Positions 13,715 to 26,882 of a stretch of DNA of 64,000 bases are shown in pieces. A program made the position numbers and the translations under genes. Numbering within the stretch: the stretch's first letter is position 1; every line of letters begins with the position of its first letter. This stretch comes from Lingula anatina (taxonomy: Eukaryota > Animalia > Brachiopoda), in the NCBI GenBank assembly GCA_051362555.1, contig CM120643.1, positions 23,998,848 to 24,062,847 of the forward strand, in the 5' to 3' direction. The notes beneath the pieces were generated by a model that was not told the origin of the DNA, did not search any database, and saw only the letters and a program-made list of their open reading frames with translations.

Positions 13715-15944
13715 AGAGAGAGAGAGAATTGTTTAGAGTCTTTGAAACTAGGATTGACTGCCAAGGCGATCGAACTGTTTGTGATTATGATTGGCAACCA
13801 GTAAACTTTCCAATACGTTCTAAACAAGTAACACATTGTTGATCAAAACTGCGATCTACATTCTTTGCCCCAAAACATAATTAACAAAACAGCTCATTGT
13901 TTTGAAGCTATATCCTCAATATTTATATATACCTGATTACATGTACATGTAGACATGTAATCAGGTTCGCCTTACACAACGTTAACAACTAGTAAAATAT
14001 CAGTAAAACAAACCCCTCATTCATGAAGATTATTTATCACGACGATAAGCGCACCTGATGTGAAGTATTATGCCTCCTTCGTCTGCATGCTCACATGATA
14101 CAATTACAAATCACAACGGGCATGATTCAGCTAGATGCCGCCGTGTTGACTTCTTTTGATTACTGGAAAGCTTGCTCTCCATCATGGTGATCTCACCCGG
14201 TATCTAACCTTAGAGGATAGATATAGTCTTTGCTATTTTTGCTTTAAAAAGTTTATTTTGAAAAATAAAAGCCAACACAAGCAGTTATTAGGAATATAAG
14301 GTTAGGATCTTCGATAAGTATTAAAATATTAGGGGTAAGTTGCGACTGATCATTACCTCACAGCGAACCATGCCTTACACCCACTGTACTATGACAATTT
14401 AAAATATTTACTTTACATGCTACACTACACTTGGCTAACAAAGTTAAAGGAACTTTTGAACATCCCCCAGCCATATCTCTCCGGTAAAAATTCTTACATT
14501 TCCTAATTCAGATCTCAAAGATAAAACCTTTCCAGTGATGAAAGTCTTTATTTTCTCAGCCGCCTGCATACCATACCACTGTCCATTCATTCAGAAACAT
14601 CTTGCTTGGTTTGGCAGTGCGCTGGGGAACAACCGAGTGTAACGTACGCTATTGACAGTGCTGTATATTCAATCCCGTCGTGGCCATCGGGGGTCACTGC
14701 TTGGAGGTCTGTGGTATTCTTATGCCCTCATGAGGAACGTGTCAAAATATTCGATTCCACGCCTTTTACAATCCTTTAATCAAATGTGGAAAATAAGACG
14801 CAGTGACAAAATTGGCGACATAAAAAGTCGTCTGAGAATGCCCTTCAGAGGAAGATATTAAAGAAGCACGCCTGCAAAAGGTTCAGTTTTTCACTGGGGT
14901 CACTGCTTGGAGGTTTGTAGTATTCTCATGCCCTCATGAGGAATGTGTCCAAATCTTAAAATTCACACTTTTTACAATAATTTAATCAAATGTGGAAAGC
15001 TGTACGTAGACTGCAGTGACAAAATGTCGAAAAGTCCTCTGAGAATGCCCTTCAGATTCAGACATCAAAGAAGCAAACCTACGAAAGATTCAGTTTGTGA
15101 ATGCCTGGTTGTGCAAGTTTTAATTTCTAAATTCGTGATGCCGATTTTGCAGCCAATTAACTTTTTTCACAAAGACAGTGTAGCACGAAAAGCCAAATTT
15201 TGATCCCGCAAAGTACAATGAGTGTAAGACAAGGTCCACTGTGGCATATGTATTGTTGATAGGTCACAATTTACCCTGGTGCTGCTTCTTATTACCTCGT
15301 TTAAATCGGTGCCTTTGATTGCCCTTTTCTTAAAATTGAATAAATATTTTTCCTTGGATAAAAGCAATTTGTTTTTCAGAATGTGAGATGGAAAATAAAA
15401 TGAAAATAAACGCATTGAAAGCACCTTGATATCGTTGATTTTAAAATTTGATTTGTTAAAGATTCGCATGAACTTGACAAAATGTTTCCATTGTAGTTGC
15501 TGGGGCAAACACCTTGCTATGAGCCTCTCACACAAAAATCAGAGGGCCCATAGGAAGTAAAAATATCTTTGATGCCATCCCCTTGTAGGCATTGTGCTCA
15601 TGATCGCTACCATAGGCTACTATTAGCTGTTACACATTAATCCTATTTTGTACATGCTAGGTGATCTCTGGGAGAGAGTAAAGTTGGCAAAATTGTTTCG
15701 GAGAAAGGATTCTAGCTCCTGTAGTCACGTGCTGGGGTATGCATATCGATACTGTCATGACAAATTAAATGTCAAACCTATCGCTGGATGTATTCTAAGC
15801 GGTACAAAAGATCAAACGGATGGCCAGAGCTGGTGATTCAGTAGTGCAGTACCAGCGAGTTCTCCATTTATCTGCTCTTATTGGCGCAGTAATTGTCCGG
15901 TCAAACGTGACAGAGCACCCCCACCCCCAACTCCCAATCCCCGA

Positions 15945-16025
15945 TATAGAGAGGCCGTTCCCATTCATATGTACAGGTAAGCCTCGCACTAGATTTTGAG
16001 CCACTTAGGTCAGGCTAACCCTTAA
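15945..16025. repeat. Short dispersed repeat (also ~20810-20895 and, inverted, ~24860-24945)
   Basis: Shared core cccattc...acaggtaagc..ctagattttga.ccactt.ggtcagg.taaccct. Confidence 0.7.
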
Positions 16026-16283
16026 CATTATAAATATAATAAAACATTATGAGTTTAAGCGAGCGGGAAGTGGTTAACGTGGACTTAAACGCAGGGTAAT
16101 GAATCAAAGTACTAGAAAGAAACTAAAGAAATTCTATTGAAACTATCTTTCGGAATCGTGACCACCTAGTTATGTTGTAGCGGAGCCAATACAACAGTAG
16201 GCTGGTAAAATGCGAGACAGATCTAGACTGAATGGTTTATGCCATTAATATCTGTATCAATTTACGTTTTGAATTTGAGGTGA

Positions 16284-17690
16284 CCCACAGCACAACATAG
16301 CACAACACAACACAGCACAGCACAACATAGCACAACATAGCACAACATATCACAGCACAGCACAACACAGAACAGCATCCCGCATGAAAATGCAGTAGTA
16401 TCGAAGTAGCAAAGAAGCATTAACGCAGTAGTGGTGTGGAGCATATTTGCAGTAGAAATGCAGTATAGCCTACTGCAATTCTACTTCAAAAATTACATAG
16501 GGTTGTACAGAGGAGGAGCATTAATGCAGTAGATTAGCAGCATGATAGAAGCATGTTTCAAATATGCTAATTAGCTCCCACATCGAAGCAGATTTGAAGC
16601 ATGTTTGCAGTATGATTGCAGTAGTCTACTGCGCTGGAGTATCTACTTCGTTTTCGTGCGGGATAGCACAACACAACACAGCACAGCATAGCACAACACA
16701 ACACAGCACAGCATAGCGCAACACAACACAGCACAGCATAGCACAGCACAAAATAGCACAACACAGCACAGTACAGCACAACACAGAACAACATAGCACA
16801 TGACATCACAACACAGCATAGCACAACACAACACAACACAGCACAGCACAGCACAGCACAAAATAGCACAACACACCACAGTACAGCACAACACAGAACA
16901 ACATAGCACATGACATCACAACACAGCATAGCGCAACACAACACAGCACAGCACAGCACAGCACAAAATAGCACAACACAGCACAGTACAGCACAACACA
17001 GAACAACATAGCACATGACATCACAACACAGCACAGCATAGCACAACACAACACAGCACAGCACAACATATCACAGCACAGCACAGCACAGCACAAAATA
17101 GCACAACACAGCACAGCACAGCACAACACTGAACAACATAGCACAACACATCACAACACAGCACAGCATAGCACAACACAACACAGCACAGCACAGCACA
17201 GCACAACATACCACAGCACAACACAGAACAACATAGCACAACACATCACAACACATCACAACACAGCACAGCATAGCACAACACAACACAGCACAGCACA
17301 GCACAAAATAGCACAACACAGCACAGCACTGCCCAGCACAACACAACACAACACAGCACAGCACAGCACAGCATAGCACAACACAACACAACACAGTACA
17401 GCACAGCACAGCACAAAATAGCACAACACAGCACAGCACAGTACAGCACAACATAATACAGCACAGCACAACACAGCAAAACACATCACAACACATTGCA
17501 ACACAGCACAGCATAGCAACACACAACACAGCTAAGCACAACAGCACAACACAAAGCACAGCGCGGCACGGCACGGCACGGTGCAGCACAGCACAGCACA
17601 GTGCAGTACAGCAGAGCAAAACACAGCACAGCACAATTAACATATAACAGCACAGAACAGCACAATACAGTACAGTACAGCATAGTGCAA
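16284..17690. repeat. Degenerate pentanucleotide array (CACAG/CACAA/CATAG)n with higher-order periodicity
   Basis: Direct reading shows two blocks, ~16284-16375 and ~16665-17690. The variant gcacaaaatagcacaac recurs at ~110-130-bp spacing over much of the array. Confidence 0.95.
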
Positions 17691-18916
17691 ATGCATCTCC
17701 AGTACAAAAATTAATTGTAAATTAAAATCCAAACTGACCAAGGTCTTACAAAGGCTACTGTTTTGTAACAGGTAGACATCTGGTAGATAGTAACCCAGCA
17801 GGCAAACGACATTGATTCTACGTTGATTCAACGTTGATCCACCAAAATTAACGTTGATTCAACGGTGAAGTGGGATTGTGTTAGCTGAACACATTCAAGT
17901 TCCCCAACCACATTTCTGTACCACATTATTGCTGAAAAGGTATTTTTATTCTGTGGTTACAAGATTAAGACAGACAACTTACGTTCTACTGTCGTATATG
18001 GATAGGTTTTCAGATGCATTTTGATACCAATTTTCATTACGTTTTACGAATTATTTGCGAAAAAGTATATAGCAGTGAAGTATACTTAGGAGCATAAATT
18101 TAGCGGTGACTAAATAAAGCATCGCACTTAGCAACGTTTCACAAAAGGGCAATATATTTTATTCTTACAAATAACAATCAGAATCACATTTTTGTTCTTA
18201 GACAGATACAAATTGGCGAAAAGAGATTGTTCACAATACTGATTTGATTTCATGAACTTTAGGTAGCGTAATGTGTTTTTTTGTTTAATTCAGTCGTCCT
18301 CCACGTACTTTGTGCTTTGTTACATTCAGAAATACTCCAGAAAGATTCAGAATGTTAAATAAATACGCGACAAACAAGTATATGTCTTTATCGTTTTAAT
18401 GTATACAGAGAGCCACTTGGTTTTCAAACAAATTGTGGTAAATGCGAAAAGAATTGAAACAAAATATTCCCGCCAAAATGTACTATCCTAATATCCATTA
18501 TTACAAGAACGAAATAACTTTGAGAAAACAATGTAAGTATAGCTTGAAGTGTTTATTGTAGATAACAGTCCAAAGCATGGCTTTTAAACATTAAAACGGT
18601 TATATTTGGGGAAAATATAGATTCACAAAGAGAATAAAAATGTCTGAATAACTACTAAAGTTTGTGTGCCTGTCTGTGCAAATCATGCTATCACTTTCGA
18701 CAATGTTTTTCAAAACTCTTTTTCACTCACTCATGAAAAGTTTAGAAAACCTTGGTAGTTCAAATATTCTCGAGATTCGGAATTATCTGTAGCAGTTCGA
18801 ATAAACCGAACGTTAAACCAAACTGTTGAAGATGATCATGTTCCATTTACATAATGTCTGAATATGCGATTTAAAAACGTTCTCATCATTGTGCTCACTG
18901 GTTTTGGTGGCTGTTC

Positions 18917-19740
18917 TCATTCATCCCTATCATCATCATGATCGTTGTTATCCTCGATGTTTGCCAACTTTTCAAGAAGCTGAAATGCGTAGAAAAGCTG
19001 CTTTAAAAACCGTCTCCTTTTTACATTGTGCACGATTCTACTATATTTCCACCATAACATAAAGGAAAATTTTACCTGGTTGATCAAAGTGATTACTACA
19101 TGTACATGTGTAACATAATCTACTGGAAATAATGCCAAAGACATCTCAAATGAAATAAAACATTAACAGGTAGTAAGAGCAACATCAGTGGTAAGGATAT
19201 AAATTGCGACATCATGTTATATAATTACATAAAAAACCTAAGGTATGCTCCACTGTTGATATGACAGTTGCAACATCGTATTATCAAATGATATGGTATC
19301 TCCTGCAAAAGCTCTTACCCCGTCTTTCGTTCGCCCAACTCCAGTTAATAGAAACTCAAAATATATCAAAGTTCACAGGACATGCGCAGTAACTATCTTT
19401 TGGATAAAAAATGTTTTCAGCTATACTGCACGTGATTATTAAGTGGGCGTGTCTGTGCCATGCAGATTTTCTGAACAACTTTACGACACCTTATGTTATT
19501 TACGACTTGACGCGTCGATATTATGAATAATGACCAAATAATTCCTGGGGCTATTCTTTGTTAGATTTGCGTGTCAGAAACATATCTTCACTAAAAAAAT
19601 TGTTTCTTCAAATTTTTTTATCATTTCAAGCAGACCGAGGCACCCGCGCATGTCTTGATAACAAAAGGACAAAATAAAAATAGCCAGCTATTTGAAAAGA
19701 GAATTGCACCCATTCTACCACAGTAATTCATTCTACCCGA
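18917..19740 (-). pseudogene. Peptide-gene remnant C (exon 3 intact; exon 1 and most of exon 2 deleted)
   Basis: ttcag|LLEKLANIEDNNDHDDDRDE* at 18979-18917 is homologous to exon 3 of the intact genes. The donor GACGGG|GTAAGAGC at 19318 lies within ~15 bp of the promoter motif cgcccaact. Confidence 0.8.
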
Positions 19741-21992
19741 AGCTGTTTTAGTTGACATTACATTATTAAGTCAAACCTTGAATAGTGACTTTGCATTTTT
19801 TTGCACTATTCGCACTCCAAACATACATTGAAACAGGCATACAGTGCATGACATGTGAATAAAAATATTCTGTCGTTGTGTAACGTTGACAAACTGGATA
19901 AGAAAGACACTGCATTCAACCAGATTATTAAAAAACATGATGATGACAATTTTGTTTCCATGCAGTCCCATTAAATTCGTGGCATGATTTAAACACCTAG
20001 ACCGATATTCCAGTTACAAGTTTTCTGGTAACAAAGTGGTCTCTCCACATCAATCAATACTTTACTGATTCGCCAGTGAAAGTACTAACTATAAAGCAAT
20101 TTTACAGATTCATCGCTGCAGTTGCCCAATATATCCTCATCGTTAATGTCAGGTGAAAACCATATATACATATATTTATGCATATGTATCCGTATGGTGG
20201 GAGAGAGAGAGAGAGAGAGAGAGAGAATTGCATGTCCAGATGACTCTGATAGTCGGGGTCACGACTTTTCTCAAATTCAAGCTGACCAAACAGATTAATC
20301 TGAATGGAAGCTGTTAAACATATCAACGCGATTTGACGAAAGCAAGTCTCAACCTTTGGTCGAAATGGCGTTCCTCGAGCAAAATCATTTGCCATTATAC
20401 CATATCGGCACCTTTTTGATTGCAAGAGCTTATGGTTTTGATATGATAGTTGATATCCAAATAAAAAAGCATGTTACGCATGTTACGCATGTTTATACAT
20501 TTCTTATTAATTCAAAGGATTTTTTAACATCAAAAAACTAAAATATTAAAATATCTGAGGGTTTTTTCTCCTTTTTTTTTTTTGGGGGGGGGGGGGTATG
20601 CACAATTGTCCGGTCACATATGCTAATTACAGAATGGGGAATGCACCAATTGAATCTATGTACCAGTACTGAAATAAATAGAAGCAATTAAACAAACATC
20701 AATATCATGCTCATTAGGCAACAGTTAATATTAGAACATTTAGAACTTTCGTATCGTAAGACTACAAAAACATTTTAATAAAAAAAAATTCTACCAAAAT
20801 GTAACCCGTGATAGAGAGTCCACTTCCCATTCTTTTGCACAGGTAAGCTTCTCCCTAGATTTTGACCCACTTAGGTCAGGCTAACCCTAACCATAACAAC
20901 TAAATGGAGGGCGGTCTTTCTGTAACACAGATCCTCAGTTTCGTTACATCAGCGATGAAAGACACAATATGAGATATTTTCTTATCAATTTTTTGTAGAT
21001 AGAAAATAGACCCAAGATGATTTGATTTTCATAAGGATCAGATTATGATTGGGGATATTAAAGAATATCTTAGTATTGACCAAGCAACATAGTAGAGAAT
21101 CCCCCATGGGCGAACAGGACTGTGGATAGCTATTGGCAATGCATTAGGGGAAGTTGCGCCTCTGTGGTGACAGATAAACCCTAGATGTTAAGTTTCCCAG
21201 TCTGTCACTATTATAATTATTGTTAACTCACTGGTCCTCAAAACTAAGTTTAAGGCTTGCTTGTTGAATATGCATGTCTGTCGGCAGCCTGGGTGAACCA
21301 GTGAGAAGCACATTATAATAAACTCGTTCCTGTCATGGGCGGTCAGAATTATATTTTGATTTATTTGTTGATGCCACAGTAAAAGTAAACCTGTTGAAAG
21401 AAAAGGGGGAGAATATACCTGGTACCTTTCTTTCTTTCAAGTTCAACTGCGATTGATGACCCCTTGTCACTCTGTTTAGAAAAGATAACATGTTGCATTT
21501 GTCATGGATATGATTTAACCCCCAGATGTATGTAATTTAAGACAACGAATGAATGTTTACAGATTTGTGCTAAAACATTGCTTTAACTATGCTTTTATTT
21601 TGGATGTAATCTCATTGTAAGGCCCAGGCTGTGACTAGGCAATAACATGCATGATAACGCTACACCCCAAAGGCACATGGCTGTGCAAGAGAGTGACTTT
21701 ACCAGCATGGCATCAACAGAGTGGGCTGGCCTGCAAGAAACCTGGCAGAACACCTGTTGAAAACCTGTGGAATGAGATTGAAAATCAAGTGACAAAGGAA
21801 AATACCATATACTTAGACTGGGTTCCCATGCCTAGATCAATCCATTTGTATCGGTCTAACTCCCTGGGTAGTCTCAATAAATTGCTATCATCTTAAACGG
21901 CTTAAATGTCTGTCGCGCCTACTAAATCAGCTATGGGATAAAGATAATTGAGAAAGGTTTTCACCCCGACTATTAAAGTTATCGGGACATGC

Positions 21993-22032
<40 letters not shown>

Positions 22033-22860
22033 GGATACATATGTGGTTTTCACCTGTCATAAACAATAAAGATATATCATGTGACTGCAGCGATAACTCT
22101 GTAAAATTGCTTTTATAGTTAGTACTTACACTGGCGTACCAGAACTGATTGACGTGGACAGATCACTTTGTTACTGAAAACCTTGATGCCACGAAGGAAA
22201 TGGGACTGCATGGAAACAAAATTGCCACCAACATGTTTTTTAATAATCTTCTTGAATGCAGTGCATTTTTTGTCAAGTTTGTCAACATCATATAATGACA
22301 GAATATTTCTATTCATATATTCCAAGCACTGTATGCCTGTTCGAATGAATGTTTAGAGTGTGGATAGTGCAAAAAATGTTAAATCACTATTCAAGAACTA
22401 ACTTAAAAATGAAATGTCAACTAAAACAGCTTGGGGTGGAATGAACCACTTTGGTAGAATGGGTACAATTCCCCTTCCAAATAACTGGCTATTTTTATTC
22501 TATCCTTTTGTTACCAAGACATGCGCGGGTGCTTCGGTTTGGTTGAAATGACAAAAAATTTGAAGAAACAGTTTTTAGTGAAAATATGTTTTTGACACGC
22601 AAATCTAACATAGAATAGCCCAAGGTATTATTTGGTCATTATTCTTATAATATCGCCGTCCCAAGTCGTAAATAATATAAGGTGTCGTAAAGTTGTTCAG
22701 AAAAACTGCGTGGCACCGACACGCCCACTTAATTTCTTCATAATCACGTGCAGTGTCGCTGGAAACATTTTTTTATGTAAAAGGCAGTAACAGCGCATGT
22801 CCGATGAACTTTGATAATTCTTAGGTGCTATGAACTTCTATAAAATTAAAAGTTGGGCGT
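19335..22860. repeat. Inverted paralogous upstream regions (19335-20245 vs 21980-22860)
   Basis: Reverse-complement matches throughout, e.g. gagagaattgcatgtcc / ggacatgcaattctctc and tttacgacaccttat / ataaggtgtcgtaaa. Confidence 0.85.
21270..21800 (+). mobile_element. Tc1/mariner transposase remnant
   Basis: Frameshifted fragments MHDNATP, HGINRVGWPARN and PVENLWNEIENQV resemble the Tc1 DDE motifs (QDNAxxH, WPxxSPDLNPIENLW). Confidence 0.65.
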
Positions 22861-22880
22861 TTTCGCCTCCAGTTTGCGCT
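22700..22880 (+). promoter_or_regulatory. Promoter of peptide gene 2: GC box, E-box, TATA, Inr-like
   Basis: CACGCCCAC ~22720, CACGTG 22745, GCGCATG 22793, TATAAAA 22839, and CCAGTTT about 30 bp downstream of the TATA. ATG at 22930. Confidence 0.6.
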
Positions 22881-22929
22881 TAGCCATTGCCAGGACTCCT
22901 GCTCTGCCACAAAGCTGCCAATACGCACA

Positions 22930-23807
22930 ATGAACAAAGTGAAGTTGTTCGCTGTACTTTTAGGCGTAATGCTTTTGGTGCAATTGTTTGCTGAATCGGA
23001 AGGTAGGCACAGCAGTGTATAGGCTAAACCTACAGATGAAATCGTCCTAATATTTTTCCAGTTTTCATAGAGTCCCCTGTATAATAATCATCCTTCATTA
23101 AGGTGCACAATAACTTAACACAATGAAGTTTTGTCAGATATGCTTTTGATACTTGTTTCTTTCTTTTTTTTTCGCAAAAAAATCAGATGTCAAAGAAATT
23201 GTTTGCATGTTACTACAAAAAAGTTTGAAGCAAATGTTACTTTTAAAGGCATATTTGGCCGCCGCCGCCGCCGTCGCCGTTCCATACCAAGCATCCGCCG
23301 CCGCCGCATCTGTGTTGGCGATAGCACTGCAGTGGAAGACAGCAACGATGAGGGAGAGAAAGCAAGCGACGAGGTAAGAGCTTTCACACGAGACGCCGTA
23401 AAATCAGTTCTCAGCCGGTCCTTGGTTGATCGGATCAGTTGTCATTATCAACTCATTAGCGGAGCATGACTGAAGCTTTTTATTGCATGTTTTCGATTTT
23501 AATGCGTTTGCAATAAACACTGTTAGTGCTGCCTGCAACATGTAATTTATTTTAAAGATTATCATTCTAACATTATTTCCATAAGCTGTACATATTATCT
23601 TATCGTACCAACAGTCCATCACTGGTAAGTTTAGTACAATAATTGCATGTTCCTTTATTTCATGACAAGATTATAGTACATTGTACACTGTGTAAAGACT
23701 GGTGATTACCATGGTAAATGTTCTCGGCATTTCAGCTGGTTAAAAAGTTGGTAGACCTCAAGGCAGACATGGATGACGATAACGACGATGAGGATGACGG
23801 TGAATGA
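22930..23807 (+). CDS. Secreted Arg-rich peptide precursor 2 (89 aa)
   Basis: Exons 22930-23002, 23249-23373 and 23736-23807; GT-AG introns of phase 1 and 0: MNKVKLFAVLLGVMLLVQLFAESEG-IFGRRRRRRRSIPSIRRRRICVG-DSTAVEDSNDEGEKASDE-LVKKLVDLKADMDDDNDDEDDGE*. Confidence 0.9.
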
Positions 23808-25735
23808 TTGAGCCAGTCCATGTTTTGATGACAGCCATGAGAGAGAGAGAGAGAGGGAGGGAGCGCACTGATAGAATATCAAATTCGCATATTCAGACAT
23901 TATAAATGTTAATGGAAAGCAATCATATTCAATATCTAGTTTACTTTAGCAATCAGTTCGTTCGGACAATTCCAAACAACTGGCGTTCCTAAGGTAACTC
24001 AGACAGTCGAGCTTTTCTTAATAAGTTTTGATCAGTTGTAAAAATACCTTCTAAAAATATTCAGAGTTTTTTTCTTTTCTTTGTTCTTAAATCTTTTTTC
24101 TTCTTGAAGCCTTTTTTTTATTATTATTCTCTCAGTGTTATGATGGATAACGTTTTTTTTTTTTTTTTTGCACTATTTTGCATTTTACCAAAATTCTTAG
24201 AAGTTGTATGGAAACCAAACGACTCTCTCTGTATGCAATAAACGACAGATAGATCACTTTATTTGTAATGTATTTAATTTATATTCTGCAGCTGTACAGA
24301 GTATTTTTTTCATTAAGTTGCACACGACAAATGACATTTTATGTGAAAGAGGATTTAACTATTTAAAAAGTGTGTATAAGCTACCAAAAGTTCAAAGAGG
24401 CAAAAGTATTCTGAAAAGTTCCTTTCCAATTTGTTATCTCAGTCAAAAAGGTGATAATGATAGATAAAGGTTTGCTACCAGGGATCACTCTGCCAAATTG
24501 AATTTTCATTGAAAAAATAAGAAAAGAAAAAAGCGATGTTCACGAACCATTGCACTACCCGCCCTGCACTTTAATTCGATATTAATAATATTTTAGTGAA
24601 GTATTTTGCTCTAAATGACTTGCTAGACGTGTATACCGCTTGTTTTTCCAAATATTTTAGAAGCAAATATCGACACCAGGTACTTTATTTGAAGGGTTAT
24701 ATTGTTTTAAAGGTATAAATTGGGAAAGACATTGGCTTTGAAGGATATGTATAGGCAAAAAAATATTGCATTGGGATATCGTCAAACGTGGATAGAGTTC
24801 CTCTAATTACAGTGACTGTTGCTTTCAACAGAAAGTCCGCCCTCAACCCAGAGAGTTATTGTGGTTAGGGTTAACCTGACCAAAGTGGGTCAAAATCTAA
24901 GGCGAGGCTTACCTGTACAAATGAATGAGAAGAGGGCTCCCTATCATGGAGGACTTTCTGTCACGTTACACAGGACAAAAGAATGGCCACAAACAAACTC
25001 TAAAACGCACGCACAAACGAGCAGTGCAATTGACTGTCGTGCGAATTTTTTTTTTTTTTTTTTTTTTGCAAGTAGTAACTTTACTTCAAAAGAATGTACT
25101 CAACAATACGGGTTCTATATCTTTATTGGAACTTAACTTTGCGAAAAAAAGAGTCACAGTTTTAATGCCATACGTGAAGACCACATGCGCATATACAGTA
25201 TGTTATCAATTAATATACAGGTATGTCGAACAAAACCCAATCTATTGCTTTAATGTGTTTGTCTAAAAAGCCTAATTTTGACAAATCAAGTTGATGAAAT
25301 GTGACTTATAACATGGGATGTTTTTGCGATTTTTTTCTTGTTCAGTTTTCTCTTGCTCTGATCATAGCTGAGCCTCATTTTAGTCTGAAACGGAGGCATG
25401 AAAAATAACTGCGTTTGAAGTCTTACGATTTAAATGTTGGTGATGCATATTAAACAAAAATTATACGGTCACCTTAAGTCATCAATTATTCGCAATAAGT
25501 GGCATTTTGATTGGAAAAAATAATCTTAAAAAAATTACCTAACCACTGTACGTACATACACGTGCTTTGAAGAGGTGGTTGCTCATGATCAACTGAGTAC
25601 ATGTAAGTCCAGCATATTTTTTGTAAATTTTGATTCCTCAATATTATATAAGATGATTAGCGCGCGTTGCATAATAAGTTGTTTATAATGAACTTGCAAA
25701 CATGCCAAGAATTTTGTGTTTAAACTTTCTATTAA

Positions 25736-26882
25736 AACCACTTTAAACTGAGCTGCGGTCTTTGTGAGCCCTTATACAACCATTAATATGGATAGAACAC
25801 TCAACGGTCGCTAAAGCAAAAAAAATGTGTCATTGTGTACAAGTTCCTGAAAGCCTTACAAGTTCTTGTGCTCCTTTCGAACGTCCAAATCTTGACTTTC
25901 CCTGTAGCACTATGAGCACCCTGTGCGTCCACTGAGCACCTTGCCTGCCTCTTTGCGCGTCCTCTGTGCAGTGCGATTAGAGACGTTGCAGGCGACCCTG
26001 GAGCGATGTTTGAGCACCGTTTGAGCACCCATCGGCGACCATTGGCGATCAGCAAATTTCCATTCTACAAGGACAAACGTCGTGTGAACGTCCTTTGGCG
26101 ACTGCTGGACGACTTATTTTTTTAGTGCTTGGATATATTCTGGGCCTTTTATATGTTTTAACTAGTTCTAACCCAGTCAGCCAATTAATAGCCAGAAAAT
26201 AAATAATTGGCGATGCACTATTAACCTCTATTGCATACTACAAGGTCTGCATGCATTAATACGTCAGATGGCCATAGCAGTCTTTAAAAGAAAGACCGAT
26301 GAACCTTTTGGGCACGCCACTGGCTGACACAATACAGGTCTCGATCCGTTTACAACAGACAAACTCTGCAAAAACTGCGACATGAACTGTCTCGAACAGC
26401 GATCGAATATTCGTTCTATACTCATGTGCTCAAGATTTTAGAAACATAATACCATAGGAGTTCAAACTGGAGGCTGGTCTGAGGCTACTAGCAGCTTTAA
26501 CCCTCGGATTTCTTGCCTTAGCCCATGTATATATATATATACAATAAAAAGTTGATTGTTTTACGTGCAGGCCTCTGACCGATCACTGAGCATCCATTGT
26601 GCAACCAAAGCGATGTTTGTGCCTCCTTCCTGCAACAACAGCGAAGCTCGTGCGTCCCTTTTCCCTCGCTTGAGCCACCTTGCAGCGACCAACAGCTTTC
26701 TCTTCGTTCCTTTGTGTGTTTGGTTTGAACATGTTCGAAACTTTGCAGCTACCATGGCATCAACGATGAAGCGTGAACATTTTGTGTACCATCTTAGCAA
26801 TCATCGTGTCTCCTTTGACCCTCCAACGGTAACCTGACCAGTTTCGTGGTCGCACAAAGGTCGTACAAGTGTGAAGCGGGTT
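25736..26882. mobile_element. Possible degenerate Harbinger-like element
   Basis: TAA|AACCACTTTAAACT...AGTGTGAAGCGGGTT|TAA with weak TIRs and GC-richer internal sequence. No recognisable ORF. Confidence 0.35.

Larger units (their letters stand above)
9971..15915. repeat. ~3-kb tandem segmental duplication (9971-12870 / 12871-15915)
   Basis: Near-identical units both start actatacacatgttggatcgg. The ORF pairs 12533/15648 and 10685/13645 are duplicates. The units differ by microsatellite length and indels, including ~190 bp extra near 14690-14900. Confidence 0.95.

Noticed and set aside
11484-15836. Duplicated ORFs of 60-144 aa in the tandem duplication
   Set aside because: Frames are broken by indels between the two units and show no domain similarity.
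16262-17707. Cys-rich ORFs (VLCCAVLCC...) resembling metallothionein or keratin-associated proteins
   Set aside because: They are open in all three minus frames because the pentamer repeat lacks stops; there is no gene structure.
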